DNA of 59,262 nt, filler included. It is 6 parts of 6 records of this genome, joined end to end, with 100 filler letters (N's around TTAATTAATTAA, not from the genome) between each part and the next. Parts side by side here need not be neighbours in the genome. Positions count along the whole stretch, not along the records: positions 8,543 to 19,616 come from SRR31147125_4271; positions 19,717 to 38,409 come from SRR31147125_4279; 4 more parts are not named here. One strand, 5' to 3'. Numbering within the stretch: position 1 is the first letter of the stretch; each line of letters opens with the position of its first letter. The notes under the pieces were generated by a model. That model worked only from the letters and a program-made list of their open reading frames with translations, had not been told where the DNA came from and made no database searches. Position numbers and translations under genes: made by a program. This document shows positions 8,616 through 19,739 of the stretch, piece after piece.

Positions 8616-11030
8616 ATGTTGATAAAGTTCAAAGCATTCCTGTTTTTTATTTTTCTGGCAAGTAATCTTTTGGCACAGAAAGTTGGGGTATTTTATAATG
8701 ATAAAATACCACAGCTTGAATTTGCCGCTTCCGATGTAACAAATGCGCTCGAACAACACGGATTTACGGTAATATTAAAACCGATATCGGAATTCTCGAA
8801 AAGTAAGCTGAGTTGCAATGTGGTGATTGCCCTTAAATCGAATACCGAAGTAATAGGTTTATTGGGGAATAAAGGCGGCGATACAACTAAAATTAACACA
8901 CTTGGCGAACAGGCCTACGCTATACGTACAACTAAAAAAAGTGATTTAAATTATTATGCGATTGGAGCCGACATTCCCGGGGCATTGTACGGAGGACTGC
9001 AACTTGCCGAAAACATAGCCTTTAATGGTTTAGCGGGAGTTTACAACGAAGAAGACTCACCTTATTTGAAAAAAAGAGGCATCAAATTCAATATCGCACT
9101 CGACCACAAATCGCAGAGTTTCGATAGTGATGGCGACCAGGACAAGAGCAATATAGAAGATGTGTGGGATATAAATTTTTGGAAAACGTATCTCGATGAC
9201 CTGGCACGATATCGTTATAATACTTTGTCTTTTTGGACAAAACATCCCTTTTCCTGCATGATTAAGTTGGAGGAATACCCTGATGTTGTAATCAATGATG
9301 TGACCGATGGCTACGGCAAATTGGTGAAAAAGATGACCATTGAAGAAAAAATTGCATTTTGGCAGGAGGTGATGGAATATGCAGACAACCGTTGTATTGA
9401 TATTTTTTATTTCACATGGAATATATTTTTGAGTACAGCCGAGGGGAAATATGGGATTACGCATGAGGGAACCAACGAAAAAACAAAAGAATATTTGCGG
9501 AAATGCGTTAAGGAGTTTCTGTTGACCTATCCGCATGTTGATGGTATTGGTGTTACTGCAGGAGAACGTATGCGCGATTTGAGTTTTGGAGAGCGTGAAG
9601 AATGGCTTTGGGACACCTACGTAATGGGAATTTTGGATGTTAAAAAGAAAACCCCTGCTCGGGAAATTCGTTTTATTCACAGGCATTGGAATACAGCTGT
9701 TAGCGATATTATGGCGCATTTTAAGGAGTATGACGATCCGTTTGAATTTAGCTTTAAGTATGCCAAAGCACACATGTATTCAAGTCCGAACATCACCTTC
9801 GAGGATTTTTTGCTGGATGAAATGCCCGAAGGCACAAAGTGTTGGTGGAACGTGCGCAACGACGATATTTTCTATTTGCGTTGGGGCGACCCTGAATTTG
9901 CGAGAGATTTCCTCTTAGGTTTCGACAAACAAAAAACAGCAGGTTACCTTATGGGCTCCGATGGCTACACCTGGGGCAGGGTGTATTCAGATAAGGATTC
10001 AACAGTTAAGGGTAAAAATGAAATAAGTAAACACTGGTATAATTTTATGCTTTGGGGGCGTTTGGGATACAATCCAAATTTGTCGCAGGATATCTTCAAA
10101 AATTATTTAAAACAACATTTCCCGGAAGCTCCGATTGATACCCTATATTTAGCCTGGCAAACCGCTTCCAAAATAATACCACAAACCACACGCTTTGCCT
10201 GGCGCGATTGGGACGGTAATTGGTATCCTGAAGGATGTAAGAGCGGAAAGTTTCTTACTGTAAAAGATTTTATGGTCGGCCAAACCATGGACGGAAGCGG
10301 GATTTTGAACATTGCAGACTATTGCCGGAAACGAATCAATAAAGAACCAATTTCAGAAATAACTCCTTTTAATGTTGCCAATAATTTGGAGAATTATGCT
10401 CAACAAACTTTGGCGCTGATTGAAGGAATAAATGGCACAGATAATTCAGAGCTAAACCTTACCATTAACGACATTACCGCCTTTGCTCATCTCGGGAACT
10501 ACTATTGCGAAAAAATACGAGGAGCCACAGAGTTAGCTTTATATGAGAATACATCGGATGTACAGCATCAGAATAAAGCGATTCTGCATTTGACAAAGGC
10601 TTCATCGCATTGGAAAAAATATGCAGCAAGATTGGATGCTCAATACTATCCCCGGGTATTGGCCCGAACAGGTAAATTTGATTGGAATCAGCTGACAAAG
10701 GATGCAGAACGCGATATTGAAATGGCCAAAAACTTCGAAGAAATAAATATTGATATAAACTTCGAGCACGTAAAAGCCGGTGCTGTTTACCCAAAAGGAA
10801 CGGATTTAAAGGTTAATCTTTCGATAGAATCAACTTATGCTATTTCAAAAGTGGGGTTGATATTAAATGGGGAATACCTCGGAATAAAAAGCAACACTCC
10901 TTATCTGTGGGGAGCAGAAACCGATGCTTCGTTTAAAAATATGAATACCGGCGTTTACGATATTAAAGCGCATGTAACCGATAGTAAAGGCAATAGAATT
11001 GAGAAAATTATAACCATTACAATAAGATAA
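8616..11030 (+). CDS. Secreted glycoside-hydrolase-like protein (GH20/67/115-type N-domain, probable barrel, C-terminal Ig/Big-like domain)
   Basis: Signal peptide; GEQAYAI...GADIPGALYG N-domain motif; YLKKRGIKFN; C-terminal GVYDIKAHVTDSKGN Ig-like repeat. Confidence 0.6.
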   Translation: MLIKFKAFLFFIFLASNLLAQKVGVFYNDKIPQLEFAASDVTNALEQHGFTVILKPISEFSKSKLSCNVVIALKSNTEVIGLLGNKGGDTTKINTLGEQAYAIRTTKKSDLNYYAIGADIPGALYGGLQLAENIAFNGLAGVYNEEDSPYLKKRGIKFNIALDHKSQSFDSDGDQDKSNIEDVWDINFWKTYLDDLARYRYNTLSFWTKHPFSCMIKLEEYPDVVINDVTDGYGKLVKKMTIEEKIAFWQEVMEYADNRCIDIFYFTWNIFLSTAEGKYGITHEGTNEKTKEYLRKCVKEFLLTYPHVDGIGVTAGERMRDLSFGEREEWLWDTYVMGILDVKKKTPAREIRFIHRHWNTAVSDIMAHFKEYDDPFEFSFKYAKAHMYSSPNITFEDFLLDEMPEGTKCWWNVRNDDIFYLRWGDPEFARDFLLGFDKQKTAGYLMGSDGYTWGRVYSDKDSTVKGKNEISKHWYNFMLWGRLGYNPNLSQDIFKNYLKQHFPEAPIDTLYLAWQTASKIIPQTTRFAWRDWDGNWYPEGCKSGKFLTVKDFMVGQTMDGSGILNIADYCRKRINKEPISEITPFNVANNLENYAQQTLALIEGINGTDNSELNLTINDITAFAHLGNYYCEKIRGATELALYENTSDVQHQNKAILHLTKASSHWKKYAARLDAQYYPRVLARTGKFDWNQLTKDAERDIEMAKNFEEINIDINFEHVKAGAVYPKGTDLKVNLSIESTYAISKVGLILNGEYLGIKSNTPYLWGAETDASFKNMNTGVYDIKAHVTDSKGNRIEKIITITIR

Positions 11031-11034
11031 ACCA

Positions 11035-11915
11035 ATGAAGTCAAAATGTTTTTTACTGGTATTCGCAATACTAAGTTTTTAAGCGGAGTATTAAATGCCC
11101 AAAGCCTGGGATACAACAACAACCGCATTGCCATTAGTGCCGATGGAAATAACCAGGCCGATAATCACCCCGAAGCCCGGTGGCCGCGTGCCGATCCCGA
11201 TGACTGGGGAGGAACACCCGCTGCCTTGGCGATGATTGCCAAACTCGGACTTCACGATAAATTGGTGCATTATTCGTACAACAATTTTATTGCGGCACCA
11301 CCACACACCACCGAAACCAACTACATGGCCGATGGTGTAAATGAAGCCATAAAACGTTGGGATTTCGATGCCAGTCGTTTTTTCGATGTACCCGAAGACA
11401 ATACCAAAGCAATTACACATTTAGTAAACGAAATAAAAAAATCTACAGCCGATAATCCTTTATATTTTATTCACATGGGGCCTTCAGAGTTTTTCTACCG
11501 TGCAGTAACGCAAGTTGTGGATGAGGGGAAGAAAGAAGCCTTGGCTTACGTTTATGTTATTTCGCACAGCGGATACAACGACAACCACCTGCGCAGAAAA
11601 GCACACCATACCATGCAACAGGCAATTGAACTGAGCGGAAACCTTTTGCAATACAAAAAAATTAAAGACCAAAATGCCTGCGATAACCCGAACAAATTAT
11701 GGTGCTCGGGCAAAGACTTTTCTCCGTTTTATTGGATGAGAGATCATTCTGATCCAGATATTCAATGGTTGTATAGTCGCTTGCAATTTCACCCGGACGG
11801 GAGAGGTGCTGATATTTCTGACGCAGGAATGTTGTATTACCTGCTAAAAGGAGATGAAAATGGGAGCTTGTCTAAATTCCAAATTTTTATAGGCGAAGGT
11901 ATTACTGCAAACTAA
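11035..11915 (+). CDS. Secreted protein with nucleoside-hydrolase-like (DUF1593-like) DxDD motif; 1-bp frameshift in signal peptide
   Basis: ATG at 11035 gives MKSKCFLLVFAILSF; adding one T to the run at 11076-11080 joins it to LSGVLNAQ; RIAISADGN...DPDDWGG. Confidence 0.6.
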
Positions 11916-12373
11916 CTCATTACGAGAAGTTTTACCACAACAGTATAGTCAATTATTTTATCGGTATGGGTAACAATGTCGCCGTAAACCTTGGTTTCAT
12001 TTGTTAGTGGAACTACCCGTTTAAGTGTTTGGCTTTGGAAAGAATACTGTGGAAAGTTCTCGACTAAAATATTCTCTAAAACTCCCATGGTTCTCGACTG
12101 TCCAAAATAAACGAGGTTGTCTTTTTTCAATTGGTTTACGCTCCATTCCGATATTTGGGTAATTGGCTGGTTGGGGTAGGTAAAGGACAGGATTTTCAAG
12201 CCTCACTATCAGTAAACGGAATTCAAGTTTTAGATAAAGAAGAAATTATTGAGGGACACCCGATTAGCAGAACCATAGATATTGAAATTGGAAAAGAAGT
12301 AATGTTGGAGCTGATTTTAACAGATAAGTGGACTATTTCGGTACTTGAAATTATCCCTAAACAGAACAGTCCG

Positions 12374-12547
12374 ATGAGTAAACTGAAAACATTTATAGCC
12401 TCCATTTTACCTGGCATATTTTTAATTGGCTATAATGTAGGAACCGGAAGTATTACTTCCATGTCGAAAGCCGGCGCAAATTTCGGTCTCGATTTGTTAT
12501 GAGCTGTGTTTATTAGCTGTGTCATAACCTACTTGGAAAAACGATGA
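12374..12547 (+). pseudogene. 5' remnant of an NRAMP-like transporter gene
   Basis: MSKLKTFIASILPGIFLIGYNVGTGSITSMSKAGANFGLDLL*AVFISCVITY; expected LLW Trp is TGA (12500-12502) and the gene ends shortly after. Confidence 0.7.
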
Positions 12548-12690
12548 GGTTGGTTTTTCCACCAATATGTTTTAACAAAATTTCTATTTGTAATTCGACA
12601 ATTTTGCAAGAATCAAGCACAAAAACGACCGATTAGAGAATAGCAATACTTATAATTTCAGTATCTTCATTTTTTAAAATCAGACCATAA

Positions 12691-15600
12691 ATGTTGAAGA
12701 ATATTGTTTTTCGGATTATCGTTTTTTCTATTTTAATTTTCGCATATCAATCCACGTTATGTGAAACCTTAAAGTTTGAACACTTTTCAAATAAAGAGGG
12801 TTTTAATCAGAATACAATAAATGCCATTGTAGAAGATAAATATGGTTTTTTATGGATTGGTACACCCAACGGATTAATTAAATACGATGGTTATGATTTT
12901 TATAATTATACACATGATCCTATAACTAAAAATAGTATATCGAATAATTATATTCAAAGCCTGTTTGCCGATGTTGATGGAAATTTATGGATAGGAACAC
13001 TGGCGGGCGTAAATGTTTACCTTCCTCAATTCGAGAAATTTTTTACAGTTCCACATTTTACAAATCTTTTAGTTCATCAAATAACTGCCGATTTCGGAGG
13101 GAGGATTTGGATTTCGGGAGAAGGTGCCCTGTTTTCCTGTAAGCTTAATTCAGGCGATTCGGTTTCGTTCGAGGTTTCAGATAACTTAATAAACTCTGAA
13201 AATAACCTCCCGGTGGTTCGTAAAATGTGCTTTGCCGATAATAACCATATCCTTTCTTTTATGGAACGCGGTTTATGTAGTGTAGAAATTGATACAACTT
13301 CTGCGGGTGGAATCAAAATCAAGTCGGTTCATAATTTTAATACACTTGCCAACGCCGAAATAAAAGCCATTTACAAAGCGGGTAATATTTTCTGGATAGG
13401 AACCAATAATGGTTTATATAAAACTATTTTAGATGGTGAACGGATTCGGATAATGGAAAAATTTGAGTTGACCACCTGGGACAAGCGAAAAATTTCGGAC
13501 TTAAATGTGCTTTCAATTTTTGAGGATAAAAGTGGCTGTGTTTGGATTGGTTCAACTAATGAAGGAATTTTTAAATATAATCCGAAAACCGATAGTTTCG
13601 AAAATTATGGCTACAATCAAAAAGATGAAAATGGAATAAGCAGCCCGCGTATTAATTGTTTTTTTCAGGATAGGTTTGGAATTATATGGATAGGAACAGC
13701 GCAGGGGGGCTTAATAAATTAGATATTCGACAAAAACAGTTTTGGAGTTACTCCAATAATCCATACGATGATGCATCAATCTCGGGTAATTTAATAAATA
13801 GTATTCTTGAAGACAGCAAAGGGAAACTTTGGGTGGCAAATTATAACAATGGGGTTTGCCGCAGCGCAACGCCGGTTAACGATAATACTGTAGGCCAGTT
13901 GCGTTATGAACGGACTGAATGCCAGTTTGATAAAGCAAAATGGGATGTTGTTAATACTATTTACGAAGACGAAAAAGGCTTTATTTGGTTTGGGGGAGGC
14001 ACAACAGTATCGGTATTTAATCCGGCCAATGGGCAGTGTAAAACAGTTAACCTTGAGCTCGACGGTGAAAATGTGCCACTAATCTCATGTCGGGTAATTT
14101 ATCAAATCGATTCAAATACAATACTTCTTGGAGGAAGTAGTGTGCTGATTGTAAAAAATCCATGGACTGCAATTCAAAAAAAGCAGGAACCTACATTAGA
14201 AATTAATGGTATTGTTGACGAGATTAAGTTTGTTCAGGCGTTTATAAAAGACCGGAACAATAAGCTTTGGATCGGAACTAAAAATGGTTTGTTTCATTGC
14301 GATTTCAAAAATGATATAATCAAAGCTATTCAGGCTTATTCATCAAACCAGGGAGCCGAAATTAAGCTAAGTCATAAAAATATCTTTTCACTTCACGAAG
14401 ATAATAGTGGTAATATTTGGGTAGGTACATTTGGTGGCGGTTTAAATAAGTTAAGCATAAACGAAGCCGGGAAACCGATTGAAGTAGAATATTTCAGGAA
14501 AAATGAATTATTGCCCGACGATGCTGTTTATGGTATTTTGCAGGAAGATGACGAGCATATTTGGTTTAGCACCGATATGGGGCTGTGCAGAATGAATACG
14601 CTGAAAAATAAAATTGACCTTTTTGATGTTCGCGATGGATTGATTAATAATAATTTCAGGCAACAAGCCTCCCACAAAGGTAAATCCGGGAATTTTTATT
14701 TCGGAGGTCTAAACGGGCTTACTGTTTTTAAACCGGAAAACATTAAACTAAACGATGTGCTTCCAAACCCTGTTATTACCGGAATTAGTGTTAATAATAA
14801 CCTGATTAGTATTGGCGAGGAAGTGAACGGTAAAGTGCTTCTGTCAAAATCGGTTTTCGAAACGGAAGAAATAACTATAAAATATAAGGCAAAAATTCTT
14901 AGCTTTCAAGTAGCAGTCCAGCATAGTTCTGCTCCCCGGAAAAACAAAATTGCCTACATGCTCGAAGGATTTAACAACGAATGGATGGAGACCGACAATG
15001 GTAAAACTTCTGTTACCTTTACCAGCCTGCCTGCCGGCGAATATGTTCTACGGGTAAAAAGCGCTAACGGCGATGGCTTGTGGAATAACCAACCCCGAAA
15101 CCTTAAAATAACGGTTTTGCCGCCCTGGTATCAAACTATTCTGGCTATTGTTCTTTTTGTGGTGTTAATTATAGCAATTGTTATTGGAATTCTGGTGTAT
15201 TTTATAAATCACGAAAAGCTAAAGCAAAGCCTTAAATATGAACAAATCGATAAAAAAAGAATTGATAAAGTAAACCAGGGGAAACTCCGCTTTTTTACCA
15301 ATATCTCGCACGAGTTTAGAACACCTTTAACTTTAATTGCCGGGCCATTAGAACATTTAATAAACCGAAATACCAATGATAAAAACAGTAAAGACTTAAC
15401 AATCATTCAAAATAATACAAAAAGGTTAATGAGTCTTGTCGATCAGTTGATTACGTTCCGCCAGGTAGAACAAGGCCATTTAAACCTGAATTTAAGTACA
15501 ATTACACTCGGTAATTTTATTTATCCGGCAACCGAAGCTTTCGAAGATTTTGCCATTCAAAAAAATGTAAACTTTTTCTATAAAATTAATTCACCCGACG

Positions 15601-16836
15601 AAGAGGTGGTAATTGATGTGGAAAAAACAGAACGTATTATTTTTAACCTGTTATCAAATTCATTCAGGCACACACCAATTCATGGTAACATAAGCATTGA
15701 AACCGATATTAAGCAGATTGATACGAAAAAGATGATTAGTATTAAAGTGATTGATACGGGCAGAGGAATTCCAACAGAAAAGCAGGACAAAATATTTGAA
15801 CGTTTTTATCAGCTTGAGGGGCGAAAAGAAAATGTGGGCGGCACCGGAATAGGTTTGGCTTTTTGTAAATCGCTAATCGATTTAATGGGAGGAAGCATAA
15901 CTGTTGAGAGTAAACCCAATGTGCGTACATGTTTCACCATACTAATGCCTTCGCAAAAAATTGAAGACAAGCATGTGGAAATATCAGATAGTTCAACGCA
16001 ATCGTTTATAAAAGAATGGATTCCGGCCCAGGTGCCCCAAAGTAAAGAGACTGATGAAACAACAACTGTAAATGAGAAAGCCAATACCTTGGTTATTGTT
16101 GAAGATGAAGCCGATGTAAGGGATTTTCTGATGAAATCGTTGGGTGAGCAGTATTCTGTAATTCTTGCAGAAAATGGTGTTGATGGCTTAAATAAAATAA
16201 AACAAAATAAGCCCGATTTGGTAATCAGCGATGTGATGATGCCCGAAATGAATGGCTTTGAACTTTGTGAAACGGTAAAATCTGACCCAGAAACCTGTCA
16301 TATTCCTGTAATTTTATTAACCGCCCTGGGAGGAAAAGAAAACCAAATTAAAGGTTTAGAATTTAGGGCCGACGACTACATTAGCAAACCATTCTCGCCA
16401 CGACATCTCGAAATTCGAGTTGAACAGCTTATTGAAAACAACCAGCGTTTAAAAAAATATTTCTCAAAAAATAGTAGTATCCCCGATAAAACAATTCAAA
16501 TTTCAACACGCGATAAAAACTTCCCAACAGGTGATTAATGCAATTGAAAGCAACCTGTCGGATTCGAATTTTGGAGTAGAAGAGTTAGCAACTGAAATAA
16601 GGTTAAGTCCATCGCAATTTTACCGCAGGTTGAAACAGCTTACCGGGCAAATTCCAAATGTATATTTACGAAACTACAGGCTGCAACGCGCTGCCGAGCT
16701 TTTAAAGAGCAACGAAGGACTAAACGTGGCCGAAGTAATGTACCAAATTGGTATCGAATCCAATTCATATTTTTCTACTTCATTCAAAAAGTTGCATGGT
16801 ATGTCTCCTTCTGAGTTTATAAAAAGACATAACTAA
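12691..16836 (+). CDS. Hybrid two-component system sensor-regulator (propeller/Y_Y_Y/HisKA/HATPase/REC/AraC), split by two frameshifts
   Basis: Reg_prop repeats (WIGT), FFTNISHEFRTPLTLI, GTGIGL, SDVMMP receiver, AraC HTH; frame breaks at G-run 13704-13709 and near 16523. Confidence 0.93.
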
Positions 16837-16848
16837 TAATTGGCTAAA

Positions 16849-19616
16849 ATGCAGAAGATAAAAATATTAGTTTGCGTCCTGTTTTATGTTTTACCTTGTT
16901 GTTTTATCAATGTTTATGGTCAAACCACAAAACAGTCCGACGGACAATATGCCCTGTCGGAGAACTTGGTTCAAAGACCTGCAACATTCCTTGGTTTCCC
17001 CAATACCAATGAAAATGAACTCCTCAAGAATTTCAAAGAACCGCCACATGGTTACGGTGAAATTCCCTTTTTTTGGTGGACAGGAGGCGATACTCTAACA
17101 AAAGAGCGGCTTTTATGGCAACTGGATAAACTCAGCGAAACCGCTGTTCTTGGGCTGAATGTCAGCTATAATCATACACAAAGAGCGGTTGATACGGCAC
17201 TAAACAAAGGAAATGATAAAATTAGTTTTGGTGTTCCCGAACCTAGTTTCCCGAACTTTATGTCGGAAGAATGGTGGGATACCTGGAATTGGTTTTCAGA
17301 AGAGTGCGGGAAAAGAAACATGGGGCTTGGCCTCGACGACTATGTGGTTGGCTGGCCCGGAGGCGGTTTCTGGACAGATAAAGTGGAGAATAGATTGCTG
17401 AAAAAAAACTATCAGGGCAAACTAAAGCTGCACAAAACAATATCGGTAAACCAAAATGCCAACATCAATTTTAGCGTTCCAAAAACACTCATTTCAATTG
17501 TCGCCTATCCCAAAACCGGCAAAACATACAATTTTAACGAAGGTATCGATTTATCCAATACCGTTCAGGAATCTGTTTTAAATTGGAAAGTTCCAGACAA
17601 CAGGCAATGGGATATTATTATGGTTTCAAGCGAAAAAGGATTTATGGTTCATCCGGAACATGGAGACTTTCAGGTAGAAGAATATTACCAGCATTTCGAG
17701 GATAAACTATCGGCTGATGGCAAAAAGGGCATGAATTTTTTCTTTCAGGACGAATTGCATGTTCCTATCGATAATACCGTTTGGTCGGAAGATTTTGATA
17801 AAGTTTTCAAGGAAAAAAAAGGCTATAGTATCAAAAAATATTTGCCGGCTCTTTTTATGGATATTGGCGACATAACCTCAAAAGTAAGGCTCGATTATTA
17901 TGATGTAATGGTTGAACTTGCTGAACGAAGGTATTTTAAACCTTTGTTTGAATGGCACTGGCAAAGGGGCAAACTATTTGGTTGCGACAATTGGGGACGT
18001 GGACTTGAGCCATTTCGTTACGGCGATTATTTTAGGGCTACGCGTTGGTTCTCAGCTCCCGGAAACGATGCGCCCAACCCGGCAAACGGATATTCTTTTA
18101 TTCAAACAAAGGTGTCATCATCGGTGGCACACTTGTATAAAAGGCCAAGGGTTTGGCTCGAAGCCTTTCATAGTTTAGGCTGGAATGCCCAATTATCGCA
18201 GATAGATTTTTCTACCTATAAACATTATCAGTTTGGTGCTAATTTGCTTTGTTTACACGGACTTTACTACACCACACACGGTGGTTGGTGGGAATGGGCT
18301 CCGCCCGATTTTCATTTCAGAATGCCCTATTGGCCACATTTAAAAGAGTGGCTAACTGCTGCCGAAAGACTGAGTTTTATATGTTCGCAAGGCACGCATG
18401 TTTGCGATGTGGCAATACTATATCCGGTTGCTCCACTTCAGGCTCAAAACGGAGGAACCCAGCGTCAGGCATTTCAAACCGGCGAAATACTTTTTAATAA
18501 AGGCATGGATTTCGATTTTATAGATTTTCAGTCATTAAACCGTTCAACAATTAACGAAGGCACAATTAATGTTTCCGACGAAAGCTACCAGGTACTGGTT
18601 TTGGCCGATATGACTGCCATTCATTATTCAACCCTGGAAAAAGCCTTGGCGCATTTTAACAATGGCGGTGTTGTAGTTGGGCTGGGGAGGTTACCAACTT
18701 CCAGCGACAGGGCTGGGGCAAACGATTCGGAAATAGACAAAATCCTAAAAACAATTTTTGCTTGTACGGCAAAAGAAGCCCGGCAACTTAATTCGCATAA
18801 AATAAACCGAAAAAAAGGGGTAGGCATTTATTATCCGTCTGCCGATGAAAAGCTAGCCAGAGTTATTTCGGAACACATAAACCGGGACTTTTTTACGGAA
18901 GCAGGGAATGGCAGTGTGATGCACCGGAAAATGGGTGAGCACAATTTTTATATGGTAATGGATGTAGCCGAAAACACACTCTGCCATTTTAGGGCAAAGG
19001 GAAAACCTTACCTGTTAAATACGGAAACCGGCTTATCCAAAGAACTTAAAATTGAGAAGACAACTGAATCAGGCACTTATTTGCGGGTTCCGCTTGGCGA
19101 AAATGAATCGAACCTTATTCTGTTTACGCCCGGTGAAGCAAAAATAGCAACAACTGGAAACAATAACATTACATACAAAAAAAGGGTAATTCGTGGCCTC
19201 TGGGAATCTGAATTTGTACCTACCATGGACAATCAATGGGGGGATTTCAGGCTACCTGCTACAAAAGATACAATTGGAGTGGAAGCCCGGTTTATGATGC
19301 ATAAAATGAGCGATAAACCCAATAAAAAACTTATTAAGGAAAATTTCAAGAAGGGCTGGGAAAACATTTGCTACTCATTTGGCCCGGGCTTTTGGGAAAT
19401 TAATACAAGTAATAACGAGGGCAACGAAATTTTTGATGACGTAATAAGCGATAAAGATGAGCTAAAGAACGGGGATAAAACTTACCAGTGGAAACCTTAC
19501 GATTATTCATTAAAGGAAGGTGTTGAAGGAAATCCGGGCTCGCAAGGATACCATGGCTTAAAAGGCAAAGTCAGCGATGACTTTCTTATACTTGAAAACG
19601 GCGGAACTTACTTTTT
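16849..19616 (+). CDS. Secreted GH106-like glycoside hydrolase, truncated by contig end
   Basis: Signal peptide; PFFWW.G...ERLLWQL, FFFQDEL, SSVAHLY.RPRVWLEAF, HGLYY..WEWAPP, CDVAILYP. Confidence 0.7.
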
Positions 19617-19716
19617 NNNNNNNNNNNNNNNNNNNNNNNNNNNNNNNNNNNNNNNNNNNNTTAATTAATTAANNNNNNNNNNNNNNNNNNNNNNNNNNNN
19701 NNNNNNNNNNNNNNNN
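19617..19716. other. Artificial contig spacer
   Basis: N44-TTAATTAATTAA-N44. Confidence 0.99.
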
Positions 19717-19739
19717 TTTCATGTTTACAGGAGGATTAT

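Noticed and set aside
9057-9773. Long antisense/shadow ORFs (e.g. 9057-9773, 41251-41943, 44019-44537, 56372-56806)
   Set aside because: They overlap well-supported genes on the opposite strand and have no recognisable motifs
12500-12502. TGA read as Trp or Sec in the NRAMP-like fragment
   Set aside because: The gene is truncated just afterwards, no SECIS-like hairpin is evident, and Trp is TGG elsewhere in the contig
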